A DNA stretch of 41,310 bases from Bacteroidota bacterium (GTDB taxonomy: Bacteria; Bacteroidota; Bacteroidia; Chitinophagales; CAIODY01): NCBI GenBank assembly GCA_041165265.1, contig JBEANU010000082.1:1-41310 (forward strand), read 5' to 3'. The notes beneath the pieces are model-generated. The model ran no database searches. It saw nothing but the letters and a program-made list of their open reading frames with translations, and was not told the origin of the DNA. Positions 28,001 through 37,200 of this stretch are shown in pieces. The translations under genes were made by a program, and so were the position numbers. Position 1 is the stretch's first letter, and every line of letters begins with the position of its first letter.

Positions 28001-29420
28001 CGTAATATTAACCGCCTCAGTAGCGTCATTAGGATTTTTGCCCATGGCTTTATCACACGGCGCAGGTGCTGAAGTTCAAAAACCTTTAGCCACAGTAGTG
28101 ATTGGTGGCCTAATTAGCGCCACATTACTTACCTTAATTGTGCTACCCATTTTATACGTTGTATTTGAAAATAGGAAAACAAAATCAATAAAATTAATCT
28201 CGTTTTTATTGATGATTGTATGTGGAATTAGTAGCAACAAAACTGAAGCACAAAATGCTGAAACTTTACATCAATGGATGGCGGAAGGATTAAAAAACAA
28301 TTATTCAATTAAAGCAGTTGATGCTGAAATAAGTAGTTTAAATTATTCAAAAAAAGCAGCATCTGAAATCCCAAAAACCAATATCAGCCTACTATATGGG
28401 CAGTATAATAGTTTTGCTAATGATAATAATATTACAGTAACTCAAATCATTCCGTTTCCAACCATTTTTTCAGCAAAGGCAAAATTAAGTGATGCTATAA
28501 TGCAAGGCTCAGTGCTAAAAAAACATTTTACTCAGGCTGAAATAGTGTATCAAATTAAAACCATTTATTTTCAATGGTTGAATTTGAATCAACGAAAAAA
28601 AATGCTGCAAACTAAAGATACGCTTTATACTGAATTGATGAAAGCCGCATCATTACGTTATAAAACAGGTGAAACTAACTTGTTAGAAAAATCAACAGCA
28701 ACTGCACGAAGTAAAGAAATTGAAAATCAGCTTGAGCTTTTAAATAATGATGCAAAAACTTTAGCGGCGCAATTAAGGGCACTTATTGGGTTACAGCTTT
28801 CGTTTTCAGATAATTATCTTTTTGAAAAAAAGTTGGAAATTGATACTTTCCAAACCAACAAAAATCCAATTGTTTTATGGATGCAACAACAAATTATTAT
28901 TGCTGAAAACAAACTTAAAATTGAAAAAAATGTATTGCTACCTGATTTTACTTTAGCTTATTTCAATCAAAGTTTGTATGGTGTGCCGTACGGTAATGAT
29001 GTACATTCAGCACCAGCAAATTATAATCAGCGGTTTGTAGGATTTTCCGCCGGAATAAGCATTCCGCTTTGGTTTGCACCACAATCAGCAAAAATTAAGG
29101 CAGCTAATTTTGAAAAACAACAAGCTGAATTTAGCTATCAACAAACGCAGCAAAATGTGGCAGCTCTAATTGAAACAGCTTATGCTGATTATTCCAAAAA
29201 TCAACAATCATTAAATTATTACACACAAAGCGGTTTGCCTAATGCTGCTTTGATTTCAAAGCAAAGCAAATTGGCTTTTCAGAATGGTGAAATCAATTAC
29301 ATGCAACATGTTTTTAATTTACAACAAAGTGATGATATCTATCAAAACTATCTTCAAACTTTATTAGCCTTCAATCAAAGCATTGCAAAGCTTGAGTTTT
29401 TATTCGGTTCAATTAAATAA
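25077..29420 (+). CDS. CusA/CzcA-family heavy-metal RND efflux permease translationally fused to a TolC-like outer-membrane factor (1447 aa)
   Basis: The first ~1030 aa have RND architecture with CzcA-like motifs (LPDITNNQVTVLT, GAIDFGLIVDGAVIIVE) and end in a 12-TM-type tail ...LPILYVVFENRKTK. The last ~390 aa have TolC/OMF-like repeats (TGETNLLEK, LLPDFTLAYFNQ, coiled-coil stretches). There is no stop codon between the two parts. Confidence 0.9.
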   Translation: MFDKLIQFSIKNKLAVGLFTLFLIIWGIYSFQKLPIDALPDITNNQVTVLTTAPTVAAQEMETFITNPLELAMSNLPDVTEIRSISRSGLSVITVVFADAITTLNARQLVAEKIKQAEEQIPSGLGKPELGPITTGLGEIYQYTLHTKKGFEGKYSAQELRTCQDWIVRRQLAGVPGITEVNAWGGELKQYEISIDPTLLNAMNITLSDIFEAVHNGNENTGGAYIEKGSNVAFIRGIGMVNTIDDIEKIVIKTRNNIPVLIRDVGTVHVGNATRFGAITRNGEGEVVAGMTLMLKGENSSKVIEDVKKRMIEIQKTLPEGMVIDPYIERSSLVERAIGTVERNLIEGGLIVIFVLVLLLGNIRAGLIVASVIPLAMLFAISMMHLFNVSGNLMSLGAIDFGLIVDGAVIIVEATIHHLISKKRTAILSQTEMDEEVYQSATTIRKSAAFGEIIILIVYLPILALVGIEGKMFAPMAQTVAFAIAGALLLSLTYVPMVSALFLSKKIVDKKTISDRLMMAIEKIYTPIITKSLQLKGVIISSTILLFILSVFMFLKLGGEFIPTLEEGDFAIEFGMMQGTSLQQMAETTTNAEKILKSTFPEVLQVVTRIGSPEIPTDPMPMERADIMVALKPKNEWTSASSKEEMMEKMKTILLQHLAGVNLEITQPIQMRFNELMTGVRQDIAVKIYGDDMITLADEAEKVSKIITTINGVENPIIEKVNGLPQITATYRRDKLAQYGVKVSDVNKVISTAFAGQKAGVIFEGDKKFDVVVRFNKNFRQNMDDLSQLYVITDNGIKIPLHQIADISYKEGPEQISHDNTKRRIVIGFNSKNRDVESVVADIQTKLENYKLPIGYYFLYGGQFQNLKEAKQRLSIAVPVALLLIFVLLFFTFGSVKQALLIFTAIPLSAIGGVLALYIRGMPFSISAGVGFIALFGVAVLNGIVMIGYFNQLKKEGVNTIIDRVLMGTKVRLRPVILTASVASLGFLPMALSHGAGAEVQKPLATVVIGGLISATLLTLIVLPILYVVFENRKTKSIKLISFLLMIVCGISSNKTEAQNAETLHQWMAEGLKNNYSIKAVDAEISSLNYSKKAASEIPKTNISLLYGQYNSFANDNNITVTQIIPFPTIFSAKAKLSDAIMQGSVLKKHFTQAEIVYQIKTIYFQWLNLNQRKKMLQTKDTLYTELMKAASLRYKTGETNLLEKSTATARSKEIENQLELLNNDAKTLAAQLRALIGLQLSFSDNYLFEKKLEIDTFQTNKNPIVLWMQQQIIIAENKLKIEKNVLLPDFTLAYFNQSLYGVPYGNDVHSAPANYNQRFVGFSAGISIPLWFAPQSAKIKAANFEKQQAEFSYQQTQQNVAALIETAYADYSKNQQSLNYYTQSGLPNAALISKQSKLAFQNGEINYMQHVFNLQQSDDIYQNYLQTLLAFNQSIAKLEFLFGSIK

Positions 29421-29432
29421 ATCAATACTACT

Positions 29433-30803
29433 ATGACATCAATAATTAATAAAAAAATAAATTTTATCGCCTTCTTAAAGTCGGGAATATTATTACTGAC
29501 AATAGCACTTTCATCTTGTTCAAATCAATCTAAAAATGAGCAAACAAAACAGGAGGGCAGTCAGCCCCAAGCTGCTGAAATTTCATTTACTAAAGAACAA
29601 TGCAGTAATGCAAAAATTGAAATTGGAGCTATGCAAAAAAAAGGATTAAGCAATATTTTAAAAGTGAATGGAGTGTTGGATGTGCCTCCACAAAATTTAG
29701 TTTCAGTAAGTGCACCAATCAGCGGTTTTTTAAAATCAACAACCATGTTAGAAGGCCTTTATGTGCATAAAGGTGAAATAATTGCCACTATTGAACATAC
29801 TGATATTGCTCAATTGCAACTAGATTTTATAGAATCAAAAAGCAAATTTGAATTAGCCGAGTTAGAATTAAATAGACAAAAAGAATTGAACAAAGCAGAA
29901 GTAAATTCATCAAAAATTTTGCAACAATCACAACATGAATTTAATATAACACAGGCTAAATACAAGGCTTTGGAGGAAAAATTACGTATTGTTGGAATTA
30001 ATAAATTAGATGTTTTAAAAGGAAATATATCAGGGGTAATAAATATTCATTCGCCCATTAATGGCTATGTATCAAAGGTGAAAGTAAATGTTGGAAAAAT
30101 GATTAATCAGCAAGATGTTTTATTTGAAATTGTTGACCCTGAACACTTGCATGCTGAACTTACTGTTTTTGAAAAAGATATTGTTCATATAAAAGAAGGT
30201 ATGAAAGTACGATTTAGGCTGGCTAATAACCCTGAGGATGATTTGACTGCAGCAGTTTATTTAATTGGGCGTTCATTTGATGAAAGCCGAAGTGTGCGCA
30301 TTCATTGCCATTTAGATAAGGAAGATAAAAATTTGCTGCCGGGCATGTATATCAATGCCATTATTGAATTGGAGGCAAAAGAAGTGAATGCAATACCCAT
30401 TGATGCCGTGGTTCGTGAAAATGAAAAACAATTTATTTTTATACAAACTGATGAAAAAAATTGTGGCACACATCCAGATTGTGTTCAACATTTAATGAAT
30501 TGTGCTATTGATGAAAATTGCCCTGAACACCCAGCATGTGAAGCACATGAAAAATGTATCAACAAAAAAAATTGCACTCATAAAAATTGTAGTGCACATG
30601 ATAATTGTGCCGCATCATCAGCCATTACAACAGGTTATCAATATAAAATAATAGAGGTGAAAACCGGTGTAAGTGATGGTAACTATATTGAAATTATTCC
30701 ATCAATACCAATAAATGATACAACTAAAATTGTAACAAAAGGTGCTTATTTTATTTTATCACAATTAAAAATGAGTGGCAAATTAGATGCATGCTGTCAG
30801 TAA
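29433..30803 (+). CDS. Efflux RND periplasmic adaptor (membrane fusion protein, CzcB/CusB-like) lipoprotein with a Cys/His-rich insertion
   Basis: Lipobox LTIALSSC. HlyD/MFP-type barrel-sandwich and coiled-coil hairpin sequence (VSAPISGFL...GEIIATIE...LELNRQKEL...PINGYVSKVKVNVG). The gene starts 12 nt downstream of the pump gene. The Cys/His array spans aa 344-392. Confidence 0.9.
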   Translation: MTSIINKKINFIAFLKSGILLLTIALSSCSNQSKNEQTKQEGSQPQAAEISFTKEQCSNAKIEIGAMQKKGLSNILKVNGVLDVPPQNLVSVSAPISGFLKSTTMLEGLYVHKGEIIATIEHTDIAQLQLDFIESKSKFELAELELNRQKELNKAEVNSSKILQQSQHEFNITQAKYKALEEKLRIVGINKLDVLKGNISGVINIHSPINGYVSKVKVNVGKMINQQDVLFEIVDPEHLHAELTVFEKDIVHIKEGMKVRFRLANNPEDDLTAAVYLIGRSFDESRSVRIHCHLDKEDKNLLPGMYINAIIELEAKEVNAIPIDAVVRENEKQFIFIQTDEKNCGTHPDCVQHLMNCAIDENCPEHPACEAHEKCINKKNCTHKNCSAHDNCAASSAITTGYQYKIIEVKTGVSDGNYIEIIPSIPINDTTKIVTKGAYFILSQLKMSGKLDACCQ

Positions 30804-30840
30804 TTTTTTACAATAAAAAAATGTAAGCAATACCTCCTTA

Positions 30841-31551
30841 TTATCCTAATACAGTTTCTAATATATCTGGTGATTTTAATTTACTAAAACCTGGTATATG
30901 CAACTCATAATAATCCATTAAAATTTGCAAAACACGTTTGCGTTGCAATCTATTAGTTAAGCTATCAGTATGGGTTACAAAGGATGTAAATAGTTTATAA
31001 TCAGCTTGTTTGATATATTGTAAATGTGTAGGAATTTCATGCACTGTAATGCCATTTTGCAAATCAAAATATAGCCCATTTTCATCCTTTTCAACTTGAG
31101 GATAAAAGCCTAAATAACCACTAAGTGCTAACATAAAATTTAAATGAAATGAGGCTGATATTTGTACAGCAGTATCTAACCCAATCAATTGTTCAGTTAC
31201 CCATTCAAATAGTTCTTGATGGTTTTCATCTTCATGAATAGCCTTGTACAACAATTCAGCTATAAAAAAAGCCATTGCATTTTTCACTACATCAAAATAA
31301 ATTTGCTGATAATGTACCGCAGATTTTATTTCATTAATGCGTTCTAATTTTTTTTGTTCATGCTTATATACCACCAACTCTAAAATAGTTAAAGGCTGCA
31401 ACAAGGCCAATTTGCCGCCACCTTTAGCTGTTCGTACACTATTAATTAAATACGATTGCCTGCCAAATTTTTCAGTATAAATAGTAGCCACAACGCTCGA
31501 TTCACGAAACGGAATAGTTTTTAAAACAATGCCTTTGGTTTTATGCAGCAC
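30841..31551 (-). CDS. recO: DNA repair protein RecO
   Basis: The N-terminal OB-fold signature (M)LHKTKGIVLKTIPFRESSVVATIYTEKFGRQSYL and the 236-aa size are typical of RecO. GTG start. Confidence 0.8.
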   Translation of the reverse strand: MLHKTKGIVLKTIPFRESSVVATIYTEKFGRQSYLINSVRTAKGGGKLALLQPLTILELVVYKHEQKKLERINEIKSAVHYQQIYFDVVKNAMAFFIAELLYKAIHEDENHQELFEWVTEQLIGLDTAVQISASFHLNFMLALSGYLGFYPQVEKDENGLYFDLQNGITVHEIPTHLQYIKQADYKLFTSFVTHTDSLTNRLQRKRVLQILMDYYELHIPGFSKLKSPDILETVLG

Positions 31552-31694
31552 TTCAATGTAGCTTTTAGTAGGTTGTAAAGTTGACGGAATTTAATAGATT
31601 ATGCAATAACCTATCGTTCATTTTTTATCTTTGTTAAAATTGATTTTCACTAAATAAATAAATACGAAGCAACGATTATTTTCGTTGAATCAAC

Positions 31695-34205
31695 ATGAAT
31701 AAATTAAGCATCAAACTATCACTTTTTATTTTACTTTTCATAAACCAAACTGAATTGTTTGCTGAAGGAAAAGCAAAACTATTTGGCGTAGTAAAAAATG
31801 AAGCTGGCGCTCCCATGGATATTGTATCCATTGCACAAATAGGCTCAGCTAACGGTTTCAGAACAAGTAATAATGGTATTTATGTAATTGAGGTGCCGGC
31901 TGGTGTGCCTGTATCTTTGGCATTTTCATATATCGGGTTTGAAACTGAAATCAAAACAATTACATTACAATCGGGAGAAGAAAAACAAATGGATATTACC
32001 TTAAAATTAAAAAGCCATTATTTAAATCCGATAAAAATTCGCTCACAATGGGAACGTGTTGAAGATATGACACCCATTGACCCTAAGCAAATTGAATTAA
32101 TGGTAAATGCAAGTGGTAACTTGGAGGGCATTTTACGAGCCACTGGCTTGGCCAGTTCAAGCAATGAACTAAGCTCACAATACAGTGTACGTGGTGGCAA
32201 TTTTGATGAAAATGTAGTGTATGTAAATGATTTTGAAATCTATCGTCCGTTTTTAATTAGAAGTGGGCAGCAAGAAGGCTTAACCTTTGCCAACCCTGAT
32301 TTGGTAAGTAATTTAAAATTTTCAGCAGGTGGTTTTCAAGCCAAATATGGCGATAAATTATCGTCCGTTTTAGATATAACTTACAACAAACCTAAAGCAT
32401 TTGCAGGCAGCATTAGCACTAGTTTATTAGGGCAATCCATTTCATTACAAGGTTGTAGCCGCAATAAAAAATTTACATGGGTTACCGGCTTTCGAAATAA
32501 AACTAATCAAATACTTTTAAAAAGCCAACCTACTGAAGGTGAATACCGGCCTGTGTTTTACGACTATCAATTTTTTACAACCTATGCCTTAAGTAGTAAA
32601 TTTGAACTACAAGCCATTGGTAATATTAATCAAAATAAATTCAGATTTGTACCACAATCACAAACTACATCATTTGGTTTAATCAATCAAACAGTGCGTT
32701 TAGAAGTGTTTTTTGATGGCAATGAAATTGATAAATTCAGCACGATGATGGGTGGTGTGGCAGGTATTTATAAACCCAATAAAAATGTAAAATTAAAATT
32801 AATGTCATCGGCTTTTCAATCCAACGAAAATGAAACTTTTGATATTATTGGTGCTTACCGTATTGGCGAAGTGCAAACCGATATTAGCAAACCCAATTAT
32901 AACAACATTAAAAAAAGCTTAGGTGTAGGCACTTACCAAGATTTTGCACGAAATTTTTTAACAGCCAATGTTATTAATGTATCGCACCAAGGCACGTATA
33001 ATTACAACAAAAATATTTTGAGCTGGGGCATTACAGCACAGCAGGAGTACATAGTTGATAAAATAAAAGAATGGCATCGGTTAGATTCAACTGGCTATTC
33101 AATACCTTATTCCGATTCATTAGTAAATATTTATTCGTATGTAAAAACAAATGTAACATTGCCTTCAAACCGCATCAATGGCTACATTCAAAACGCTTTT
33201 AATTTTTCAGACACATCGCATTATAAATTGATTGCAGGTATTAGGTTTAATTACTGGGATATAAATAAAGAGCTTGTAGTAAGCCCACGAGCACAATTTA
33301 CTTATTTGCCTGATTGGAAAAGTGATGTTATATTTAGATTAGGAACTGGGCTTTATAGTCAACCACCGTTCTATCGTGAAATACGTGATTTAAACGGGCA
33401 AATAAATTTGCAAGTAAAGGCACAAAAATCATATCACTTGGTGGTTGGTAGCGATTATAATATTAAATTTTGGAAGCGCAATTTTACCTTTACATCTGAA
33501 GCTTATTATAAATATTTATGGAACGTAGTGCCTTATGAAGTGGATAATGTACGTGTAAAATATTTTGGTAGAAACGCCGCCATTGCTTATTCAACGGGCA
33601 TTGATTTAAGATTACATGGTGAGTTTGTGAAAGATGCCGAATCGTGGGTGAGCCTATCATACTTAAATACAAAAGAGAATTTGAAAGATGATTATATTAC
33701 AGCCAAACTCAATCAAAATCATCAAGTAATTGATTCAAGATTAGGCTCAGATGAACAAAATAAAACAATAATTGGCGATACTACTATTTACCCAGGTTGG
33801 ATTAGGCGACCATCTGACCAACGCATTAATGCAAGCATTTATTTTAGCGATTATTTACCTAAACATCCCAACTATCAAGTGCATTTAAATTTATTATTTG
33901 GCAGTGGCTTACCATTTGGGCCTCCTGATAAAAATAGATATAAAGATACCTTGAACATACCGCCCTATCGCCGTGTTGATGTAGGATTTTCGGCACAATT
34001 ATTAGATGGTAAAAAAGATAAATACAAACACAAAAAAATTAAAAACATTAAAAGCATTTGGGCAAGTTTAGAAATTTTTAATTTGCTTGGTGTAAGCAAT
34101 ACGGTTAGTTATCAATGGATAAAAGATATTTACAACACCACTTATGCAGTGCCCAATTACCTTACTGCAAGGCGGTTTAATGTAAAAATTACTTGCAAAT
34201 TTTAA
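31695..34205 (+). CDS. TonB-dependent receptor-like outer membrane protein with an N-terminal carboxypeptidase-regulatory-like domain
   Basis: Signal peptide. The CarboxypepD_reg-like stretch is KLFGVVKNEAGAPMDIVSIA...GFETEIKTITL. The plug-like motif is YSVRGGNFDENVVYVNDFEIYRP. There is a long beta-barrel region and the protein ends in an aromatic residue (...ITCKF). Confidence 0.8.
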   Translation: MNKLSIKLSLFILLFINQTELFAEGKAKLFGVVKNEAGAPMDIVSIAQIGSANGFRTSNNGIYVIEVPAGVPVSLAFSYIGFETEIKTITLQSGEEKQMDITLKLKSHYLNPIKIRSQWERVEDMTPIDPKQIELMVNASGNLEGILRATGLASSSNELSSQYSVRGGNFDENVVYVNDFEIYRPFLIRSGQQEGLTFANPDLVSNLKFSAGGFQAKYGDKLSSVLDITYNKPKAFAGSISTSLLGQSISLQGCSRNKKFTWVTGFRNKTNQILLKSQPTEGEYRPVFYDYQFFTTYALSSKFELQAIGNINQNKFRFVPQSQTTSFGLINQTVRLEVFFDGNEIDKFSTMMGGVAGIYKPNKNVKLKLMSSAFQSNENETFDIIGAYRIGEVQTDISKPNYNNIKKSLGVGTYQDFARNFLTANVINVSHQGTYNYNKNILSWGITAQQEYIVDKIKEWHRLDSTGYSIPYSDSLVNIYSYVKTNVTLPSNRINGYIQNAFNFSDTSHYKLIAGIRFNYWDINKELVVSPRAQFTYLPDWKSDVIFRLGTGLYSQPPFYREIRDLNGQINLQVKAQKSYHLVVGSDYNIKFWKRNFTFTSEAYYKYLWNVVPYEVDNVRVKYFGRNAAIAYSTGIDLRLHGEFVKDAESWVSLSYLNTKENLKDDYITAKLNQNHQVIDSRLGSDEQNKTIIGDTTIYPGWIRRPSDQRINASIYFSDYLPKHPNYQVHLNLLFGSGLPFGPPDKNRYKDTLNIPPYRRVDVGFSAQLLDGKKDKYKHKKIKNIKSIWASLEIFNLLGVSNTVSYQWIKDIYNTTYAVPNYLTARRFNVKITCKF

Positions 34206-34224
34206 ACAACTTTAGTTTTCAATC

Positions 34225-37200
34225 ATAAAACGGATAATTAAAATATTAGCAATAACAATTGTAACACTTGTTGTAACAAGCGCCGCTATTGCCTTTTGGA
34301 TAAGCTTACCTTCAACGCAATCGTGGTTGATTCAAAAAACAACCACCTATCTATCCAATAAATTACATACTGAAGTTAGTATTGAAAAAGTAGATGCTAA
34401 TCTGTTTCAAAAATTAGTTTTAGAAAATGTATTAATCCGTGATAAAAAAAACGATACACTACTTTTTGCTCATCTTATCAAACTGAATTTAAGTGATGTA
34501 ATGATGATAGATAAAAAATGTACACTACATCATATAGGCTTGCAAAATGTACAAGTAAATATTAAAAAAACTTCTACCGATTCAGTGTTCAATTATCAAT
34601 TTATTATTGATGCATTAAGCGGCAAAAATCAAAGTTCAAGCAATAGTAATTTACAATTAAAATTGCATAAAATAAACCTTGAAAACATTGCGGTAAATTA
34701 TAATGATGCCGATGAAGAGGTTTTAAATACAAGCTTACAGCAATTAGCAATTGATGTTGATCAGCTAAATCTTAACAAAAAAACAATAACAGTAAAATCA
34801 ATTTACATCAATACACCACATGTTGATTACGCTTTAAATTCAATATTAATTGGCAATAAAAAATCAATAGTAAAGGTTGATTCAGCCATTATTGATTCAA
34901 CAAAAAAAATATGGACTGTAAAAGTTGAAAGCATAAAAATTGAAAATGGTGGTTTTAATTATTGTGTAAAAACCAACGATACAAGTAATTACAACAACAA
35001 TAAAATCAATCCTAATAATTTGCAAATTTCAAATATTAATGCTGAAGCAAATGATATTTTATTAAGTAAAAATAATTATGCGGCCGAGCTTACACAGCTT
35101 GAAATGATAGGCCAATCGGGGCTTACCATCAAGTCAGCACATGGTAAAGCATCATTTAAAAACAAAGATTTGGCGATAAAAAATTTATTTATTCAAACGG
35201 CTTTTAGTAAAATTGAACAAAACATTGAGGTGCATTTACCTAATGATAAAATCATTAAACCTGAAAATATTAAATTTTCAGCCGAAGTAAAAAGCAGCCT
35301 AATTCATCCCACTGATGTACAACATTTTATTGAAATTCCTAATTGGGTGCAGCCTATTTCATTAATAGGAAAAGTATCAGGTAAGCTAGGAAAAATAAAA
35401 AGTAAAAATGTTGAACTTAGCATGGGTAATAATTTTTTTAAAGGAAATTTTAATTTAGATGGATTGCCCGATTTACAAAATACATTTATTGATTTTACTG
35501 TAAATGAGTTTAGCAGCACCGGCAATGATGTGCTTAAAATGTTGCCTGCAACACAGCATCCTGAGCTATTACAACGATTAGGTACACTATTTTTTCAAGG
35601 AAATTTTAGTGGCTTTTTAAAAGATTTTGTAGCACAAGGAAATTTAAAAACTTCCTTAGGTGATATTTCATCGGATGTAAATATGAAAATATCAAACGAC
35701 CTTAAAATAAGCTATACAGGCTCAGTTGAAACCAAATCGTTTAATTTAGGTGAGCTCATAAATGATAAAGAGGCGGTAGGCAAAATAGCATTAACTGCCA
35801 ATATTAATGGTAAGCGTTGGTTAAATGATAACCCTGAAGCATTGATAAAAGGTAGTTTGCAGCAATTTGAATATAACCATTATACCTATAGCAATGTTGA
35901 ATTGAATGGTACAATTAAGCAAAAGCAATTTGTAGGAAATATTATTTCGGCTGACCCCAATGTGGCATTTAACTTTAATGGATTAATAAATTTTTATGAT
36001 AGCATTCCTACTTTTAAATTTAATGCCGCCATTAAAAATATTGATTTTCAAAAATTAAATTTTTCAAAAAACAACTTTTCAATCACCCAAGCCAATATTA
36101 ATATTGATGCCAACGGAAACACAATTGATAATTTTGAAGGTAAACTTTTCTTGAAAAATTTGGGATTTAAAATCAATCAAAAAACGCATACTATCCAATC
36201 ATTTTCAGCAACATCAACGAATCAAAATTTACAAAAAAAATTAGTTGTTAAATCAGATTTTTTAAATGCAAATGTTGAAGGTAAATTTAATTATGCCTAT
36301 TTGCCATCCGCCTTCAAAGTATATCTACACCAGTATTTTCCGGCTTATATTCAATTACAAAATGAAGATACATCAAACAATGCTGAACAAAAATTTGCGT
36401 TTGATGGAGTACTGATTGACAACAACAATTTATTATCCATATTGGCACCAGGCATCACATTAAATGGTAAAAATCAATTTAAAGGAATGATGGATACCAA
36501 GGCCAACAAAGCAATATTATATGCATCAATCAATCAATTAAATATTGAGGATAAAAAAATTACTCCTTTAGTAATAAATGTTGAAAGCAATTCACAAAAA
36601 CTATTTGCCACTATTAGTTGCAATAGCGTTCAACTTAGTGATAGCTTAACTATTCATGATTCAAAAATTAGCTTATTGGCAACCCATGATAGCCTGCTTT
36701 TTAATTATAAAATGGCAGGTAACAAAAATATTTTATCATTAGATGTAAATGGGCTAACCTTGATGAACAAAGGGAAAATTACTACTCATTTTTTTGAATC
36801 AAGTTGTTTTATCAAAGGTTATAAATGGTTGCTGAACACCGATAATGAAATTATCTATCAAAATAGTTGCTTCACTTTTAATCATGTTGAAATTACAAAT
36901 GAGCAGCAAAAAATAATTGTAAATTCAAACCCTGATGATGATGTTAAAGATAATGCATCCATTCAATTACAAAATATAAATATTGCTGAAATAGCTGATA
37001 TTGCTGGCATTACTGATGCTCAAATAATGGGAACTTTAAATGCAAACACCACCATCAAAAATTATTTTAGCCAACCAATTATCGAAAGTAAAGTTGATTT
37101 ACATCATTGTTTTATTGGTAATGATACCTTAGGAAATATCACCGGCATTTTAAAATTTGATACAAAAAAGAAAATAATTTTTACTGATGTTGATGTGCAG

